Of a stretch of 64,000 nt of DNA, positions 62,481 through 64,000 are shown piece by piece. Positions within the stretch are counted from its first letter, which is position 1, and every line of letters starts with the position of its first letter. Both the position numbers and the translations under genes were made by a program. The notes below the pieces were generated by a model. The model was not told the origin of the DNA. It worked only from the letters and a program-made list of their open reading frames with translations, and did not search any database. Source of the DNA: Octopus sinensis (lineage: Eukaryota); the NCBI RefSeq assembly GCF_006345805.1, contig NC_043007.1, positions 17,546,001-17,610,000 on the forward strand. The letters are read 5' to 3'.

Positions 62481-62706
62481 TATCTCACCAAATTATCTGT
62501 CATACACTCAGCCTTCACACTTCTCTTTTGGAATCTCTCCATCTTCCCGTTCCGTCGACTTTTCTTTTTATAAAATTGTTCTTTATTTGTCTTTATCTCT
62601 CAAATCTTCTTTTCTCTTTTGAGCAACTCATTTTCATCGACGCCATCAACATTATCATCGTTGTCATTCATCATAATCCTCATTACTATTTCCATTATCA
62701 CCATTT

Positions 62707-63365
62707 GTCTTCTTCTTCTTCTTCTTCTTCTTCTTCTTCTTCTTCTTCTTCTTCTTCTTCATTCTTCTTCTTCTTCTTCTTCTTCTTCTTCTTCAGCATT
62801 CTTCTTCATTCTTCTTCATTCTTCTTCTTCTTCTTCATTCTTCTGCATTCTTCATCTTCTTCTTCATTCTTCTTCTTCATTCTTCTTCTTCTTCTTCATT
62901 CTTCTTCTTCTTCATTCTTCTTCTTCATTCTTCTTCCTCATTCTTCTTCTTCTTCATTATTCTTCTTTCTTCTTCATTCTTCTTCTTCATTTTTCTTCTT
63001 CATTCTTCTTCATTTTTCTTCTTCTTCATTCTTCTTCTTCTTCTTCATTCTTCTTCTTCTTCTTCATTCTTCTTCTTCTTCTTCTTCATTCTTCTTCTTC
63101 ATTCTTCTTCTTTTTCTTCATTTTTCTTCTTCTTCGTTTTTCTTCTTCATTCTTCTTCCTCATTCTTCTTCTTCTTCTTCTTCATTATTCTTCTTTCTTC
63201 TTTCTTCATTCTTCTTCTTCATTTTTCTTCTTCATACTTCTTCTTCTTCTTCATAATTCATCTTCTTCTTCTTCTTCTTCTTCTTCTTCTTCATTCTTCT
63301 TCTTCATAATTCATCTTCTTCTTCTTCATTCTTCTTCTTCATAATTCATCTTCTTCTTCTTCTTA
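62707..63365. repeat. Long compound (TTC)n/(TTCA) microsatellite
   Basis: Directly visible. Confidence 0.95.
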
Positions 63366-63679
63366 TTATTATTACCCTCACACTGTCTTAATCCTGCGTC
63401 AGCTGTTCTATCCCTCCATTCTGCATCGCCTTAACCACCACCGCCACCATTCACCACCATTCACCACCACCACCGCCGCCGCCATTACCGCTTTTTCTTT
63501 TCACTTTTCCCTTTTCTGTCGCAAAAGCCATCTCCACCTACAATAAATATTAGCGACAGAACGCTTATCTATCAAACGATAAGACGTTTGAAAAGTAGAG
63601 GTGGACAACTCTTTAAAATAGCAGTTGTCAGGTATTTCTTTTAAAAATTTCAAAATCTATCGCAAACTGAAGCCATTAT

Positions 63680-63922
63680 ATATATGTGTGTGTGTGTGTG
63701 TGTGTTTGAATGTATATCTATCTATCTATCATCTATCTATCTATCTGTCTGTCTGTCTGTCTGCCTGCCTGCCTGCCTATCTGTCTGTCTGTCTGCCTGC
63801 CTGCCTGCCTATCTGTCTGTCTGTCTGCCTGCCTGCCTATCTGTCTGTCTGTCTGCCTGTCTGTCTGTCTCTATCTATCTATCTATCTATCTATCTACCT
63901 ACCTACCTACCTACCTACCTAC

Positions 63923-63981
<59 letters not shown>

Positions 63982-64000
63982 CCTACCTACCTACCTACCT
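63680..64000. repeat. (TG)n then (CTAT/CTGT/CTGC/CTAC)n tetranucleotide array
   Basis: Directly visible; runs to the window end. Confidence 0.95.

Noticed and set aside
61897-63344. Longest ORFs in the window (241-429 aa, S/F/L-rich)
   Set aside because: Stop-free only because of CT and TTC repeats.

Overview
AT-rich, repeat-dense animal genomic DNA with no prokaryotic-type genes, CRISPR array, rRNA or intact tRNA. The repeat set resembles octopod cephalopod DNA (Octopus-type tRNA-SINEs, RTE tails, mariner); this is an inference from family recognition, not a search. No long, confidently identifiable protein-coding ORF exists, and nearly all supplied ORFs are microsatellite or SINE artefacts. 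The window holds four tRNA-derived SINE lineages (labelled A-D here), many RTE-LINE 3' ends, two tandem 3' ends of an RLE-type (R4/Dong-like) LINE, two decayed mariner transposases, and non-autonomous DNA elements classified by TIR/TSD signature (Tc2/pogo-, piggyBac-, hAT-, Mutator-, Merlin-like and Helitron). Three Penelope-like blocks sit in (TA)n tracts. Best signals: (1) an intact type I hammerhead ribozyme core at 53861-53970 with an unusually long (85 nt) stem II; (2) a decayed hammerhead inside an inverted pseudo-LTR at 16116-16160; (3) Merlin-like 8-bp-TSD elements carrying TTAGGG arrays; (4) a mariner turned into a long inverted repeat; (5) a CpG-decay boundary near 34.5 kb beside a TATA/Inr promoter at about 36.46 kb pointing leftwards, implying a methylated minus-strand gene body whose exons I could only partly guess. 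Coordinates of degenerate repeats are approximate.
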